This document shows positions 14,240 to 28,122 of a stretch of DNA of 64,000 bases, piece by piece. This DNA is from Cycas panzhihuaensis. Lineage: Eukaryota; Plantae; Cycadophyta. The notes beneath the pieces were generated by a model that saw only the letters and a list, made by a program, of their open reading frames with translations, was not told the DNA's origin and ran no database searches. Position 1 is the first letter of the stretch. Each line of letters begins with the position of its first letter. A program made the position numbers and the translations under genes. The stretch lies in assembly GCA_023213395.1 (NCBI GenBank), contig CM041465.1:202809741-202873740 (forward strand), read 5' to 3'.

Positions 14240-17200
14240 ATATTGAAGTAATATATCATTATTGATGTAAAGCATCAATTATTTTGGTTTCTTTTTCTTT
14301 GATATAATATGGATGAAAATCAAATTTACTTAGGTATTCCATCCACTTGTGTTGTCTTGCATTTAGATGCAATTAAGTGCATATATAGTTGAGATTGTCA
14401 TGATTAGTATGAAGCTTAAAATGTTTTCCTAGTAAGTAATACCTCCATACTCTAAGAGCATGCATAACTATCATAAGCTTTAAATCATGAACAAGGTAAT
14501 TCTTTTGATAATTCTTTAACTTCTTTGACTTGTAAAGAACACCCCTTCCATCTACCATTAATATTGTACCAAATCCTTTAACACTTGCATTATTATAGAC
14601 CAAGAAATCATAATTTAGATTAGGCATAATAAAGATCAAAGTAGTAATGATTAGCCTTTTTAATAGTTGAAATCTATCTTGATGTAAATTTATCCACATG
14701 AATTTGTACCTTTCTTTTATAATGAAGTGATAGGACCTACTATTTTGGAAAATCTTTTCACATATTTTTCATAGTATCCTATAAGATCTTTAAAGCTTCT
14801 CATTTTTTGTGCATTCTTGGCTAAAATTTAATCTATAACTACCATTACCTTTGGTAGATCAATAAAGATTACTACCTTGGAAATAATAAGACCCAGATAG
14901 TGTACTCCCTTCTCATAGAATTCACATTTGTTAAACTTGGCATGTAACTTATACTTTCAAAGTAATTATAATGTAATGCATAGATGTTCTTGATGTTCTT
15001 CCTTGATCTTTGAATAAATTAATATATCATCAATAAATATAATGGTAAAGTTGTCTAAGTACTCTCTAAGTACATTATTTATCAAGCACATAAATTGCAC
15101 AGGTATATTAGTTAAGCCAAATGTCATTACTAAGAATTTATAATGTCCATACCTTGTCTTAAAAGTAGTTTTGAAGATATCTTCCTCCTTTATCCTAATT
15201 TGGTAGTAACCTAACCTCAATACTATATTAGTGAATAACTTAACTCCCATTATTTAATCTAATAAGTCTTCAATTCTAGATATGGATATTTATTATTGAC
15301 TATTACTTTATTTAATTGTTGATAATCAATATATAGTTGTAAGGTTCTTTTTTTTTAGTCATAAATAGAATTACGGATCCCCATGGTTAAACACTTAGCC
15401 TAGTATAACCTTTATCAAGTAGATCATACAGCTATATTTTTAGTTCGGGTAACTCTAGTATAACTAAATAATACAATACCTTAGAGACTAGTTCTATCCC
15501 TAACACAAGTTTAATCACATAATCCAACTACTCCAAGTTGATGATGGTATCATAATCTCCTAATGGTAGAATCTGGAAAGTAGCATTAGTTGACTATAAC
15601 TCCCATTCTAATAAATAAGAAGGTGCAAATTTAGTTACCTTTCTCTTGCTACTATTTGGCATGTATGCAATCCACTTAATCTTATGATCTTATATCTTGA
15701 GTTTGCACTTCTCTATAATCCTAGGGTGCAACATTGAGACTAATTCTTGAGTAAATAAGTATGGTAAGATCTTGCCTAGAATCTTACCAACTGCTTGTAC
15801 CATAGTGAATTATAGATTGTCTTATCTTTTCTTAATTGTTGTATGTACATGCATGTGTCCAACTTCTTAGGCTTCTTCTACTACAACTCTATATTATGGG
15901 TTTCTCCTCCTATTCCTACCTTATCTTAATAGTTTGAGGTATACTATTCTCACTTATTATATTGGTAGAATCTAACTTCACCCAAGTTTCTTAAAGCATT
16001 GGCCTACGCTATATTATATCTTGAATTGCCTTGGGAATGGTTATAGATTCTCCCTCCTTGGTTGAGTTTTGGAGGTTAAAAGTCCCTCTTTAGTGGCTCC
16101 TATTTTTCTTGCCTTCTTCTTTTTCATCCAATTAGTTTATCATGTGACCTTGCCTATTAGTCCTCATAACACCTAGCCTTATAGGCTACTTCTTGTAGAG
16201 TTTTAAGCTCATGTATCCTACTTCTGTTTTGGATATTTTCATTTAATCTGCTAATTAAATTTTAGGTTTTTACTTTCTCTTCTTAAATATATAGTACATA
16301 TTGGAGTAACTCCATAAATTATCTCTTATACTTGCCTATTGTCCTCCTTCATTACTTCAACTCATAGAAGCCTTATGTATTTTTAGTCCTCATAACACTT
16401 AGCCTTACAAACTGCTTCTTGTAGAGTATTAGGCTCACGTATCCTAATTCTGTTTTGGATATTCTCATTTAACCTACTAATTAACTTTTGGGTTTTTACT
16501 TTCTCTTCTTAAGTATATAGTACATATTGGAGTAACTCCATAAATTATCTCTTATACTTGCCTATTGTCGTCCTTCCTTACTTCAACTCATAGAAGCGTT
16601 ATATCTTTTTAGTCCTCATAACACCTAGCCCTATAGATTTCTTCTTGTAGAGTTTTAGACTCATGTATCCTAATTCTGTTTTGGACATTTTCATTTAATC
16701 TACTAATCAACTTTTGGGTTTTTACTTTCTCTTCTTAAATATATAGTACATATTGGAGTAACTCCATAAATTATCTCTTATACTTGCCTATTGTCCTTCT
16801 TCCTTACTTCAACTCATAGAAGCCTTATGTCTTTTTATCATAATATTTCTCTAAGAGGTACTTTTATTTAAAGTATTTAATAAATTTGCTTTACTTCATT
16901 TCTCTTTCTCAAAGTCCCTTTACCTTCTTATGATGCTCCCACCACAAGGTTGCCTTCCTTGCCAAGTTATATATAGTTATTCTCACCTTCTCACTAGAGT
17001 TGTAGTCATTTAAATTGAGTACTTTTCTATGTCAAGCAACCATGACTTAGCTTCATCTTAATTATTAATTTCTCCATTGAAGCTAGGTGGAATTACCTTC
17101 CTCATTTCAAGCTAAAGTGTACTCCTTCTGCCTCCTTATTTCCTTCATTTTAGTCTTGGAGTTTCATTAGAAAACATAGCACTAGTATAATAATACTCTT

Positions 17201-17800
17201 CTCTATGATCTTAAGTCCTCCTTTTGATTCTTTTAGTCAAATATTTATGAGTTGATGGCTCTCATGATTTGCTTCTTCTTTTATTACTCCTAGTGTTTTG
17301 AATCCTCTTGAAATTCTCTTTCTCAATAGTTTTTTGTATATTATGGAGCATTGCTTCATGGTTTCTTAGAATTATTTCATTGTCCTCTTTCTAGCTTCTT
17401 AGTTGCTCTCATAGTTCACAAATTGTTTCTACTAAGGTCATTGAAATGTTAGTTTGTGTGTGTCCTTTCCATTTCTTCAAATTTAAGGTCTCTTTGGCCC
17501 TCTTCAACTATTCATGTATCATCCTTATGTAACATTCTTTCCATGTTCATGATGATTCTTGTTCTCTTATATGAGTTTTTTCCAAGGTTTGATAATTTTC
17601 CTAAATAGAATTTTTTCCCCCTCTTCTAAAAATTAATTAGTCTTCACTCATTATGTTTACTCTAGAAAAAAAATATATATTAAAGTTCTTATTAGTCACT
17701 CAGAATTTGATCTTGAGGCTTTAACAACTTCCTTGCAAACTTAAAACCAAGCTTTAATAAGTTCTTTATAAGCTTCTAAACCTAGCTACTCTAAAGTCAC
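14240..17800 (-). mobile_element. Decayed Ty3/Gypsy element (gag, partial PR, RT, RNase H; integrase missing; boundaries approximate)
   Basis: ORF 14966-15250 gives LGYYQIRIKEEDIFKTTFKTRYGHYKFLVMTFGLTN...FIDDILIYSK (RT). ORF 14373-14699 gives NYLVHDLKLMIVMHALRVWRYYLLGKHFKLHTNH (RNase H). Gag-like sequence at about 16.1-17.1 kb. Confidence 0.9.
16159..16836. repeat. Three 226-bp tandem copies inside the Gypsy gag region
   Basis: agtcctcataac begins at 16159, 16385 and 16611. The copies are highly similar by eye. Confidence 0.95.
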
Positions 17801-18449
17801 AATCGTCGTACCCTTCTTCATAGGCATTTATGACTTTGTCTTAATGGAACTCACCAGAGTTACCTAATAAGATTAGTACTAATTATTCATCTAGCTATCA
17901 TGACCCAACAAGGCTAGCACCAACTATTCATACTTGAATTTGTGGAGCTTATTTAAAATAACATTTGCATAATGGAATGCCTAATGGATGTGATACATCC
18001 AAGAGAATATAGATACTTTAATACTTGCAACTAGATTTATTTTATAGTTAATAGCAATTCAATAATGTAAGGAGCCAAAGTAATTTAATTATAAATAAGA
18101 CATCTTAGAGTATCATAATGAGGGAAGTGTTACTCTTTATTACTATAAACCCCTCAAGGATTGGCTATAATAAGGTCTGGTCTACATGTTCAATGAATAA
18201 GCACAAATAACAAAGAGACAACCACAAAATGTCCAACTCTATAGCACACTTATTGGATTTTATAATATATAATATACATGATATACAAAGTTGAAAAGTA
18301 AATGACCATTAAATAAAGTTATAAAGGATAATATTCAAAATATAAAAGGAAATATAAAAAGGGAAAGTGAAAATGCAAATAAAAGAAAAAAGGAATGAAA
18401 ATACAACTATGAACAAAGGGAAAAGACTAACAAGAATATAGTAGATAAT

Positions 18450-21300
18450 GTTTGTTATAGGTCTTTTAGCATTGTAATGAGTGGTAATTCAATGAACACT
18501 ATCTTAGCTTAATTAATTCAAATGAATTACTTTTGCATTTATTGTAAACTAAGGATATTAATATAACTTAGCAATATTATAGTTTATAGTAATAATTTTC
18601 TGACCATAACAAAGTTTGCGAATTAAATAGATCAAGTGGACAAAATCTATTAGGCATCAATATCCTTGGTAGTAAACAACATCTTAAGCAATGAATCCTA
18701 GAAAAGGAATCTAATATTATTAAGAAAAAGAAGATTTATGACCAAAATCTTATTCAAGCCTATGTAGTACTCTATATGAACATTGGATAAAAATCTTTGA
18801 TGCCTCAAACATATAATAATCTACCAACAAGAGGAAATTAAAATAAGATAAGAATGTGAAAACTAAGATGATACTAGCATAAGCTTGGCAACCATCCTTA
18901 GCACTTACCATAAGAGAAGAAATGGGTGGAAATTTAGAAGGAGAATTTAAAAAATCACAAAAGATGTCATTACACAAGACATTCAATAAACCCTACAGAA
19001 AACCACTGAACTCATCCACTCTTCTTCCATATACTATTGTTGCCCTTACTTCTATTACAAATGTTAAAACAATGCCCTCCAATTAGACATAATTGTTACA
19101 ACCACTTTTGATGCACATTATTGAGTAATTATTACACTTTATATGATAGTCATGAGTTCACATTAATAGGTAATAGTACTAGAGAGAGAAGTAGTTTCAT
19201 TTCTTATCAATGGACTTCACTAAAAGGTGGGTCCCATGATAGTGACTTAAATAATTATGTCATGTTGTATCTCTAAGGATGCCTACCAATTGATTACTAG
19301 TATGGTTAAGGCCCAAAGATTTTACAACCAAGTCAACATGAAGATTCTAGTCTCTAAAACTAATATTTTAGTTAAGCCTCAAATTTGCACTAAATTAAAG
19401 GGATCCTTATACTAATAAATAAGGTTAGTGGGTATCAAGTTCTTTGACAAACCCACTAAATAAGAAAATTCAATATAGTCAAGTCTAAAACCATTAACTC
19501 AGACTTCACCATTGAATACATTAGTGGGCATCCTCCCTACCAAGCATTTTAGTCATGTTGTCTTACTTGATTTTACACTACCAATAAGAGCCAACATGAT
19601 TCCAAGCTTTGTATATCCTATAATTCTATCCAATTATTCTCCAATCACTGGGTTTGTGTTAGTGAAGGATATATCTTAAAAGGAAAGTATTAAAGGTAAC
19701 ACAAAAATATTGGGATTTCTCCATCCCATATATATGATTTCCTCTTTATTGAAGAGATGGAAATTAGTGACATCAATTCTTGGGTGCATCTTTGCATTGC
19801 AGCCTTATTTAATTCTATTGATAATTTAGAGGTATTTTAAAGTTCTTGTTTTATAACATAGTTGGTAGTGTGTGACATATGGCTTTCTTGCTTCATATCT
19901 TCTTCTATGTTGCTCAAGCTATGGGATTCTCTTGTTTAGGGAGTGAAAATCTTACCCTACTGAATTCTATAATCTTTAGAGTAATCAAAGCAAGAATATT
20001 TATTAAGAAAATACATACCAATAGAATTGCATATGAAACTTAGTACCACTATTTCTCTGAATGAAACTAATAATATTTGAGATAGGCATTTCCCACAAAC
20101 ATACTAAGAAAGGTTTTATTAAACATAGATCTTAATAGTCACTACATGGTCTTTTATAGCCTTGGACAAGTTTGGTATTATAGGAGGCCTTATTTCCCCA
20201 ATACAGAGGGTTTATGTATAGAAGCCATTTCCAAAACACAAGAATGTTTCTTGGATAAATGACAAATATGTTAAATAGGAAAAATATTAAAATAATTAAT
20301 TCTACAAAACCATTCCTAACGTCAACAATTGGAGGTAGGGCACTAAGTAAGAAAATCAGTGATGAACCAAAATGAGTAACTACAAATTATCAGAACATAT
20401 ATTCCAAGAAAATAACACCATCTATATCTAATGAGAGCCCATCTAGGAAGTAAATGCAGAGAGTGTACATGAATGCTTCTAAGAATATTTAAGGAAGATT
20501 AATTGCATTATGTGCTACACAATATAAAGAAACTTTGGAGAATTATTGGAATCTCTATTTGTAGAAAATGGATCATTACTACATGTGAAGAGGAAGTTGA
20601 ATGAGATTGATAAGCATCGCATTCATTATTATTACAAATCCTAATGCTTTGATTGAGTTCATATGTGTTTTAGAATACTTTCCACACATTTTATAAAATG
20701 TTGTCCCAATGAAAAATCCTAAAACAACTACCTATAAGCATATCTTTCCAAAGACTCTATTATGGTAGCATCCACAAAAATCAAACTATGTAAAATTTTC
20801 TCCATTTCCATTTTTATCATTGTATGATCTGAGATATTTTTCTTTATTATTGACTTTAAGTCCTTCTCAGATGAATGATCCACGATAGCTATAGGATCTT
20901 CTTTATAGTTGCATTTAATGTAATATTTCTAGAAGATTCTCGGTGTATCATAACTAAATGCTTCAGTTTTTCCAACATAATAAGTTTATAATTGAATGTA
21001 TAATAGCCTCACTTATAACATCCATTTCATCATTTAAAACTATTATCTTAGAACTATCTATTTTTTGTCCAAGGGATGAGTAGTGACCCAAAGATATGCC
21101 TTTAGATTATACTCATTTATCCTGAGAAGATTTCCTATTTTCTTGCAACGAATCCTTCGTAAATAAAACCCCACTTTCATAATAATGATCCATTATGATT
21201 GAACCCCATCTAAGGAATGTTAGTCTATTGAAGTCAATTACCAATACTCAATTGGATTCAAATCTTAAAAGAAGAAAAATTAAACACTAATTAATTATAA
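18450..21300 (-). mobile_element. Highly decayed LINE (L1-like) ORF2 remnant (boundaries approximate)
   Basis: Minus-strand endonuclease-like motifs in the expected order: N*VLVIDFN (about 21230, cf. W..GGDFN), AYLW followed by a frameshifted KID...NDEW-like stretch (about 21030-21090), IVDHSS (about 20880). Downstream, IKDHVV (about 20150) and weak RT-like stretches at about 19.4-19.6 kb. Confidence 0.55.
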
Positions 21301-21700
21301 TTAGGAGCCCTTCAAGAATCCTTGATGCTTAAATTCAAGTATTTATAACCTTCCATGCCTACATTCCATGATTTTGTAGTTTATCATTATGCATCAAAGC
21401 TCAATAAAATCTAACCCTACGTTGTAATTGGTGGGATCATATCCTTATAGGAGTGCTTCATGAAGGAGCACTTCATGCATGATCATTCCATATAGGATCT
21501 TACTTTTGGTTACTCATCCCTTGCACTAACATTTCTTGCACCACCCTTCTTGCACTCACCTTCATATCCATAAGATGTAATTTTATGAGATGCCACACTT
21601 ATGGGAGACCACTTATATGGCATGCCAACTTCACCCTTTTGTAAGAAGTCAACTCCTTTGATTAATTATGCATATTCATGTTTTGATGTCCCACACCATA

Positions 21701-22200
21701 TTATACCCCTATAAATTTAAAAAAAATGGTCTTTATAAGGGATGTGTAGACCATGATACTTGGCCTAAGAGCTTCAATTAACATCCTCTCAAATAACTTA
21801 TATGACTTGCTTAGTCCATCAATCAAGTAACAAAATGTCACTACCTCTAGAGTGCAACTTTCTTCTCTCATATGCGTAAAATAGTCGTAAGTTTCATCTA
21901 ATTGTAGACCCTTATAATGTTTATATATAATTATGTTCACTAAGATAACATATGGAAATATTCCCACCTATGACATTTCATTATGTAATTTATAAGCTCT
22001 ATGAAACTTACTAGTAGTTCCAAATCCCATAATCAATGTGTTATAAAAAAAACACATGGATCTTGGTAAGTTCTAAATTCTCAAATAACTCTACTATCTC
22101 ATCTAGTCTATTTATCTTACAAAGTGCACCAACCATAGTTGTATATGTCACATTATTTATTATAATGTTTTGTGATTTTATTTCCACAACATCCCTAACT
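21701..22200 (-). pseudogene. P-class pentatricopeptide-repeat (PPR) gene fragment, At3g06920-like
   Basis: Manual translation: NNVTYTTMVGALCKINRLDEIVELFENLE...YNTLIMGFGTTSKFHRAYKLHNEMS*VGIFPYVILVNIII...LDETYDYFTHMREESCTLEVVTFCYLIDGLSK/SYKLFERML...MVYTSLIK. These are clear 35-aa PPR motifs with a frameshift and a stop. The At3g06920 match is from recall. Confidence 0.85.
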
Positions 22201-22659
22201 ATTAATTTTTTATCTCATCCATTTGAGGCTCTATGAATGTTATCTTCTAATATAATGTAGCCCTTTTCTTTAACATATTTGTTGGTTGTTATGCTTCTCC
22301 ATCATGACTGCACATTAGTGTTTAGTGACTTAAACACCATTTTTAGCAAGGGCCAAATAAGGGGTAACATCTAACCTCATTGCTTTTATTGCCTCTAATA
22401 GGTTAATAAAAAATATAACTTGAAATAAAATCACTTATACTAATATGAGAAAGACGTGAGTGCCAAAGTGTTGATGAGATTAGGTTCAATTGGCTAATAT
22501 TTTATAAATAACAATAGCATACTCATATGTAGACTCATCAATGTGAACATGTGATTTCTCACCTTCTATATAAATAGTTGCATGTTGTTCAAAATGAGAT
22601 GATGCAGTAATAGAACTTCCTTCTTAAATACTAGCAAATAATAGCAACATTCCTTTTTA

Positions 22660-25600
22660 TGGAGAAAGTGGAATTAACTTTTCTCTAATAATTTCCAAAT
22701 ACTCTAATAAAAGTTGAATTCTCAAGAAAACTACACAAGCACAAGATCACTTTATATTACTAGGCCACTTTAAGGGGGCAACCTCTAATACACAATATTT
22801 CAATGCTCAAAGATGTCCTTTACAAGAGTGGAGATTACATGTATATAAGGCTACTAAGGCCACTCATCTCTCTTACCTAATGCATATAAGATAATTATAA
22901 TAAGAGACTAGTGAAGATGAAGAAAAATAAGGAGAATAATATACATTAATGAGAGAGAGGAGGAAGGTAGATGTATTGAAAGGAGGTTGGGTATATAACA
23001 AGTCCCCCCCTCCCTTAAAAATCTTTGTCCTTAAAGCTTAAGCAATTCTAGATATTCCTAGGCAATCTGCTCACCCTCCTATATTGAATCTTCCCATGGC
23101 AACTACTTCCATTTGATGAGGTACTCCTAGATCTGTTAGGAATGTAAGTTTTGCATCCTTACCTCAAGGATTTATTCTGGTATTAATTAGAGTTTTCCTT
23201 CATCATCCAAAAGTGGGAGTTTAGTCTATGCTTATGCTTATTGGTCAATGACCATTTTCAAACAGGATACATAAAAGATATTATGGAGTTTGGATGTTGC
23301 TAGCAACTCAAAGGCATAGGCTACCTCATCTACTTACTTAAGGACCTGATATAGCCTAAAATCTTGGCACAAGTTTGTGATTAGTATCTCCCTTAAGTGA
23401 TGTTTACTTGTAAGGTTATAGGTGGAGGTAGACCTAATCTCTCAGTTAGAACTCCTAGTCACTTCATTTTTTATCTGCTTACTGCTTCATCCTATTTTGT
23501 ACCAAGTTGAGGTTATATTTTAGTATCCAGAGTATATCAACTTATTGTTGTAGATGCTCCTCTACTTCTTACACCCTTGAAGTCTACGTGATATAATTTT
23601 TTATGGTTAGTACATTAATGAGGCCAAAGGGCATGACCAAGAATTCATAGTAACCTTTATAGGTTTGAAAGTCTATTTTGTACACATCTTTTATCTTGAC
23701 CCTAATTTAGTGATCGCGAGATCAAAGATCCAAGGATATAAATATAGTTGCACCATGTAATTCATCAATCACTAGAATAGGAAATTTATTCTTGATTATG
23801 ATTTTGTTCAACACCCTATAATCAACACATATCTAAAATAACCCATCCTTTTTTCTAACTAGTATGACTGGGGCAAAAAAGGCACTTTTACTCTCTTAAG
23901 TGACCCTTGCATCTAGTAATTCATATACCAACCTATCAATTATATTCATTTGTTGGTATAGATACTTATATAGTTGTGTGCTAGGTGGGTGACTCCCATG
24001 GATAATCTCAATGGCACGGTCTTACTCTCATTGTGGTAAAAGTCCCTTAGTGTCTTTGTTAAAGACCTAGGGATGGTTAAGTAGAACTTCTTACAATTCT
24101 AGTAATAGGTGACTATTATAACTGGTATCTTCTCCAATTAGAGATAGTTGGCCTATGATTATATAACACCTTACAATTATCCTTATGCTTCCCTTTCATA
24201 TCAACTTCTCCATCTAATCTGAGATGACAACTTGTGATGGGGGTGGGGTGATTCCACTAAGTTAGTACTCTTGACCTTCTGAGTTGAATTAAATAAACAA
24301 CTCTTATAGGTTAGGGTGAACGGTACTAAGTGACTATAACCATTGAACTCATAAAACTACATTGACACCTCCAATAGGGATTGTAAACATTGAAGTAGAT
24401 AAATGATAGTCTCCCATGGTAAGCCTAATATTATGACATTTTCCACCACAAAATAGAGTTCTCCCATTAGCAACCATGACTTGGAAGTTCTTCACTTCAT
24501 ATAGGAAATAATTGAGCTCTTCATCTAATTTCCTATTAATGAAATTATGGATGCTTCCTGAGTCAATTAAGATAACTACTTACTTTTTCTTAATATACCC
24601 AATGATTTTGAGAGTTTGAGGAGTTACAATTTTGGATGAGGCATGGACTAAGATGGTTGTAGTATCTTCATCATCATCTTTTAGTGATTCTAGCAATTCT
24701 AGAACATGTTCATGTGGTTGTTCTAGAATATTTTCTTCCTCTTATTCTTCATCTTGTATGTCCTTAATGGAAAATAATCATTTTCAAAACATTGATGGTC
24801 CTTATGCCATTTTTGGTTACATATAAAGCATAATCCTTTTGACCTTTTCTCATCAAATTCTTATGTGGTTATTCATCAAACAATTGGTGAGTGTGGCATG
24901 ACTAGGGTATGTGATGCATATGATGGTATTCTTTTGTCTATATATGATTGCATGGACTATTTAGATGCCTTATCTTTTGCTTTAATATAGTGTGCTAGTC
25001 TTATGGCTTATGTGATTTATGTAGGATTCAATAGATGGAGTTTATATTTAATCTCATCTTGAAGTCCACCAATGTATAGTTCTAGCATTTATTCCTCACT
25101 TAGGTTCTTGACTTGTGTGGAGAGGCATTGGTATACAAAGGTATATTCTAAAACTGTGTTATCTTGTTAAATCTTTATGAGCTGGCTGAAGTTGCCATTA
25201 TCTTAAATATTATCATATTAGATCTTAAGGTCCTTGATAAGATAGTCTCAATCATAATTGAGTGCACTAACCTTATTCTTCACCCATTGGTGCCATTCAT
25301 AAGGCTCAGATTCTATATGTAGAGAGGCTATTAATAGCTTTTTATCTTTTAGGACTTAGTGAAGGGAAAAGTATTGTTCCATTTGTAGCACCCAAGTTTG
25401 AATGTCATTACCATTGAATTTTTTGAGCTCTATCTTTAGAAGGAAGGTTGGCCTCCCTTGCATGTTATCATAGTGATTATCATCCATGACCTCATTATGA
25501 TATCCTTATTGAGATGTATCATCCAAATTGAGTTTCCTTTTTCCTTTATATTGGTAGTCATCCTTATTAACTTGATTATCCTTGTTGGTGAAAATTTACT

Positions 25601-27115
25601 CTAGTTGGGCAATCATATTAGATACTTAAAGGGCCAAATTATTTACCGTATGTTGTACCTCTTAAATCTTGATATTTATTTCCCCTCTTAATGAGAGGAT
25701 TACATCATTAAGTTTAATGCTTTAATCAAGGCTAATATTTAAGGTCATTTTCCTTCCCAACCTTAGCTCAATATTGTCTTATGAATATAGGTTCCTAAGG
25801 ATGTTAGGCTATTAGTAGGTGTCTTTAGACTATTATCCTACTTAGTTTATAATTAAGCAATATGGATTTTTCTTTTGCTTTTTGTTTTTTTTTTACCTTT
25901 TTAGTAACTTACTAACTAATTGACTATATGTATATGAACTAATGATAAACTCTCTGGATATACTAGATTTTGTAGATTAATAACAACTAACATATTGATT
26001 GACTAGGTGTGCATAGACCACTAACAAACTAACTAGGTACACTAGGTTTAGAATTGTCTGGTTTGTAGGCCCTTCGATATATTGATTACAGCCATGAATA
26101 GTGTCAACTTATAGAGGCAAATACTCTACTCTATAGTCATACTACCCTATCTCTAGGGTACGCGAAGAGTAACTTCCTAGGGCTAACTGCTTATTGGTGT
26201 ACTACAAATTGTAGATGGTTGATAGGTTTTCTATGGTTACCTATACTAGGAAGGCCTACCTCAGAGGTCCTCCTATATACCTATAAGTACATGGAGGCAC
26301 AATTTCATAGCTGAGTTTTATCTAAGGTTTGGTTCACAAGTATCATCTCTAATCTTTCACTGTGGTAAGCCTATACCACATGTTAGAGAGGGCTATGACC
26401 CTCCATCATATGAGGATTAATAGGATTGGTTGGCATAAAGGTAGAAATATAATAATATGGGGGTGAGTATTATATATACCCCACTTTATTGTAAAGAGAG
26501 AAGAATATGATATGATGATATGTTAATGGATGTTCTTCAGAACCCTAACCCCCATATTATTATATTTCTACCTTTATGTCAACCAATCCTATTAATCCTC
26601 ATATGATGGAGGGTCATAGCCTGCTTTAACATATGGTATAGGCTCACCACATTCACGTAAGCAGTGGAAAATTCACAATGCACTTAGCCCAAAAAGATAG
26701 ATCCTTATGATATTTATAGATCTTTGGCATAGGGCTCTATCTAAATATAAAGGAAATTTGCCTGGTGGCAGTGTCAGGGTAGCTACCCAATTGTAGTATT
26801 CTCTACCCCTAAATAGTAGAAGTAACCAAGTAGAAATTATAATGAGAATAAATACTGATAGGAATGAAAACTAATAGAAAAAAAAAATGATCATTCAATA
26901 TCTTCAATTCTCCCACAAGTTATGGATCGACCACTCGAATACCACTTGGAATGGACGTTTCTCTAACAATTGCCAAATATAGCAAGGGGGCAACCTCCAA
27001 TACATAATATCTCAATGCTCAAATATATCAATACTCAAATATGTCCTTTATAAGAGTGGAAAGTACATATGTATAAGGCTATTAAGGTTGCTCATCTCTC
27101 TTGCTGGGTACGTAA
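22660..27115 (-). mobile_element. Decayed chromoviral Ty3/Gypsy element with chromodomain and an internal deletion
   Basis: Homologous LTR segments at 22773-22876 and 26985-27104. PPT (ccccccctccc on +) at about 23004-23014. Chromodomain-like EYLIKWK*LPWEDS at about 23085-23125. RT GYYEFLVMPFGL at about 23620-23655. Protease VILIDSGSIHNFI at about 24540-24580. Gag at about 24.9-25.5 kb. Confidence 0.88.
26361..26651. mobile_element. 291-bp fold-back mini-element with 104-bp inverted arms, TG...CA termini and 5-bp TSD TTCAC
   Basis: Arms 26361-26464 and 26548-26651 are reverse complements (6 mismatches by manual count) around an 83-bp spacer. TTCAC occurs at 26356-26360 and 26652-26656. Confidence 0.92.
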
Positions 27116-27708
27116 GAAAAAGCCCTCAATGAAAATATATTATGGAGATCTTAATTTTAAAAGTAGTCTTTCTCTTTTATCACACAACTTAGGGAAAAAT
27201 CAATCTTAAAGTATAGAGAAAATTATTATAAGTATGGATCTTATTATTCAAGATCATAAGCTCCTTAAGACCAGCTCAAATTAATTGCTAGTTCACCTTA
27301 TTAATCATGTTTTCTTTCAACTTCTAAAGACTCGTGTTTAGTTATCTGATATCACTCCACAAAGATCCTATTATTGTATTAACTTGGTGGATTAGACCAT
27401 TAGATCTAATTCTTGACTTCTATTTTTTTGAATCCTTTCATCTAATCAAACTTATTTAATAGCCTTTTTGATATCAGCATCCTTCTTTTATTTTATGATA
27501 GATAGAGAATGAATCTTATATTTAATTAGAGACATCTATGTCTCTAAATTAGTAGAATATTCCAAGGTTTCCTCAAGGATTCTACATTCTTCTTGTTGTT
27601 GTTGTTTTAAAGAATGAAACTTATTACTAGCAAGAACCATTTTAACCACACAAGGAATTATAAAAGAAATATTACATATGATTGTTTTAAGAGGATTTTC
27701 ATGGTATT

Positions 27709-27981
27709 TGTTGATGTAATAGTATTTCTTAGTACGTAGATGTATTGATAATAGTGGTACTTTATATGTTAGTGGCTATGTTGCTTAGGGTGATGTCTCC
27801 AACCCACCTACCCCCAACTTTTTAATGTATTTTCATATTATATAGGTGCCCCATTAAGTGGGACTTCATACACTTAATTAAGTGGATTAACTAATGGGCT
27901 TGAGCCTATCAAAATGAGTAAACTACCTTCTTCTTTGCCTATTTGTTTATATGATATATCTATCTATCTGCACACACATAC

Positions 27982-28034
<53 letters not shown>

Positions 28035-28084
28035 TGTGTACACACACACATACATATACGTATATATACACACACATACATATC

Positions 28085-28122
<38 letters not shown>

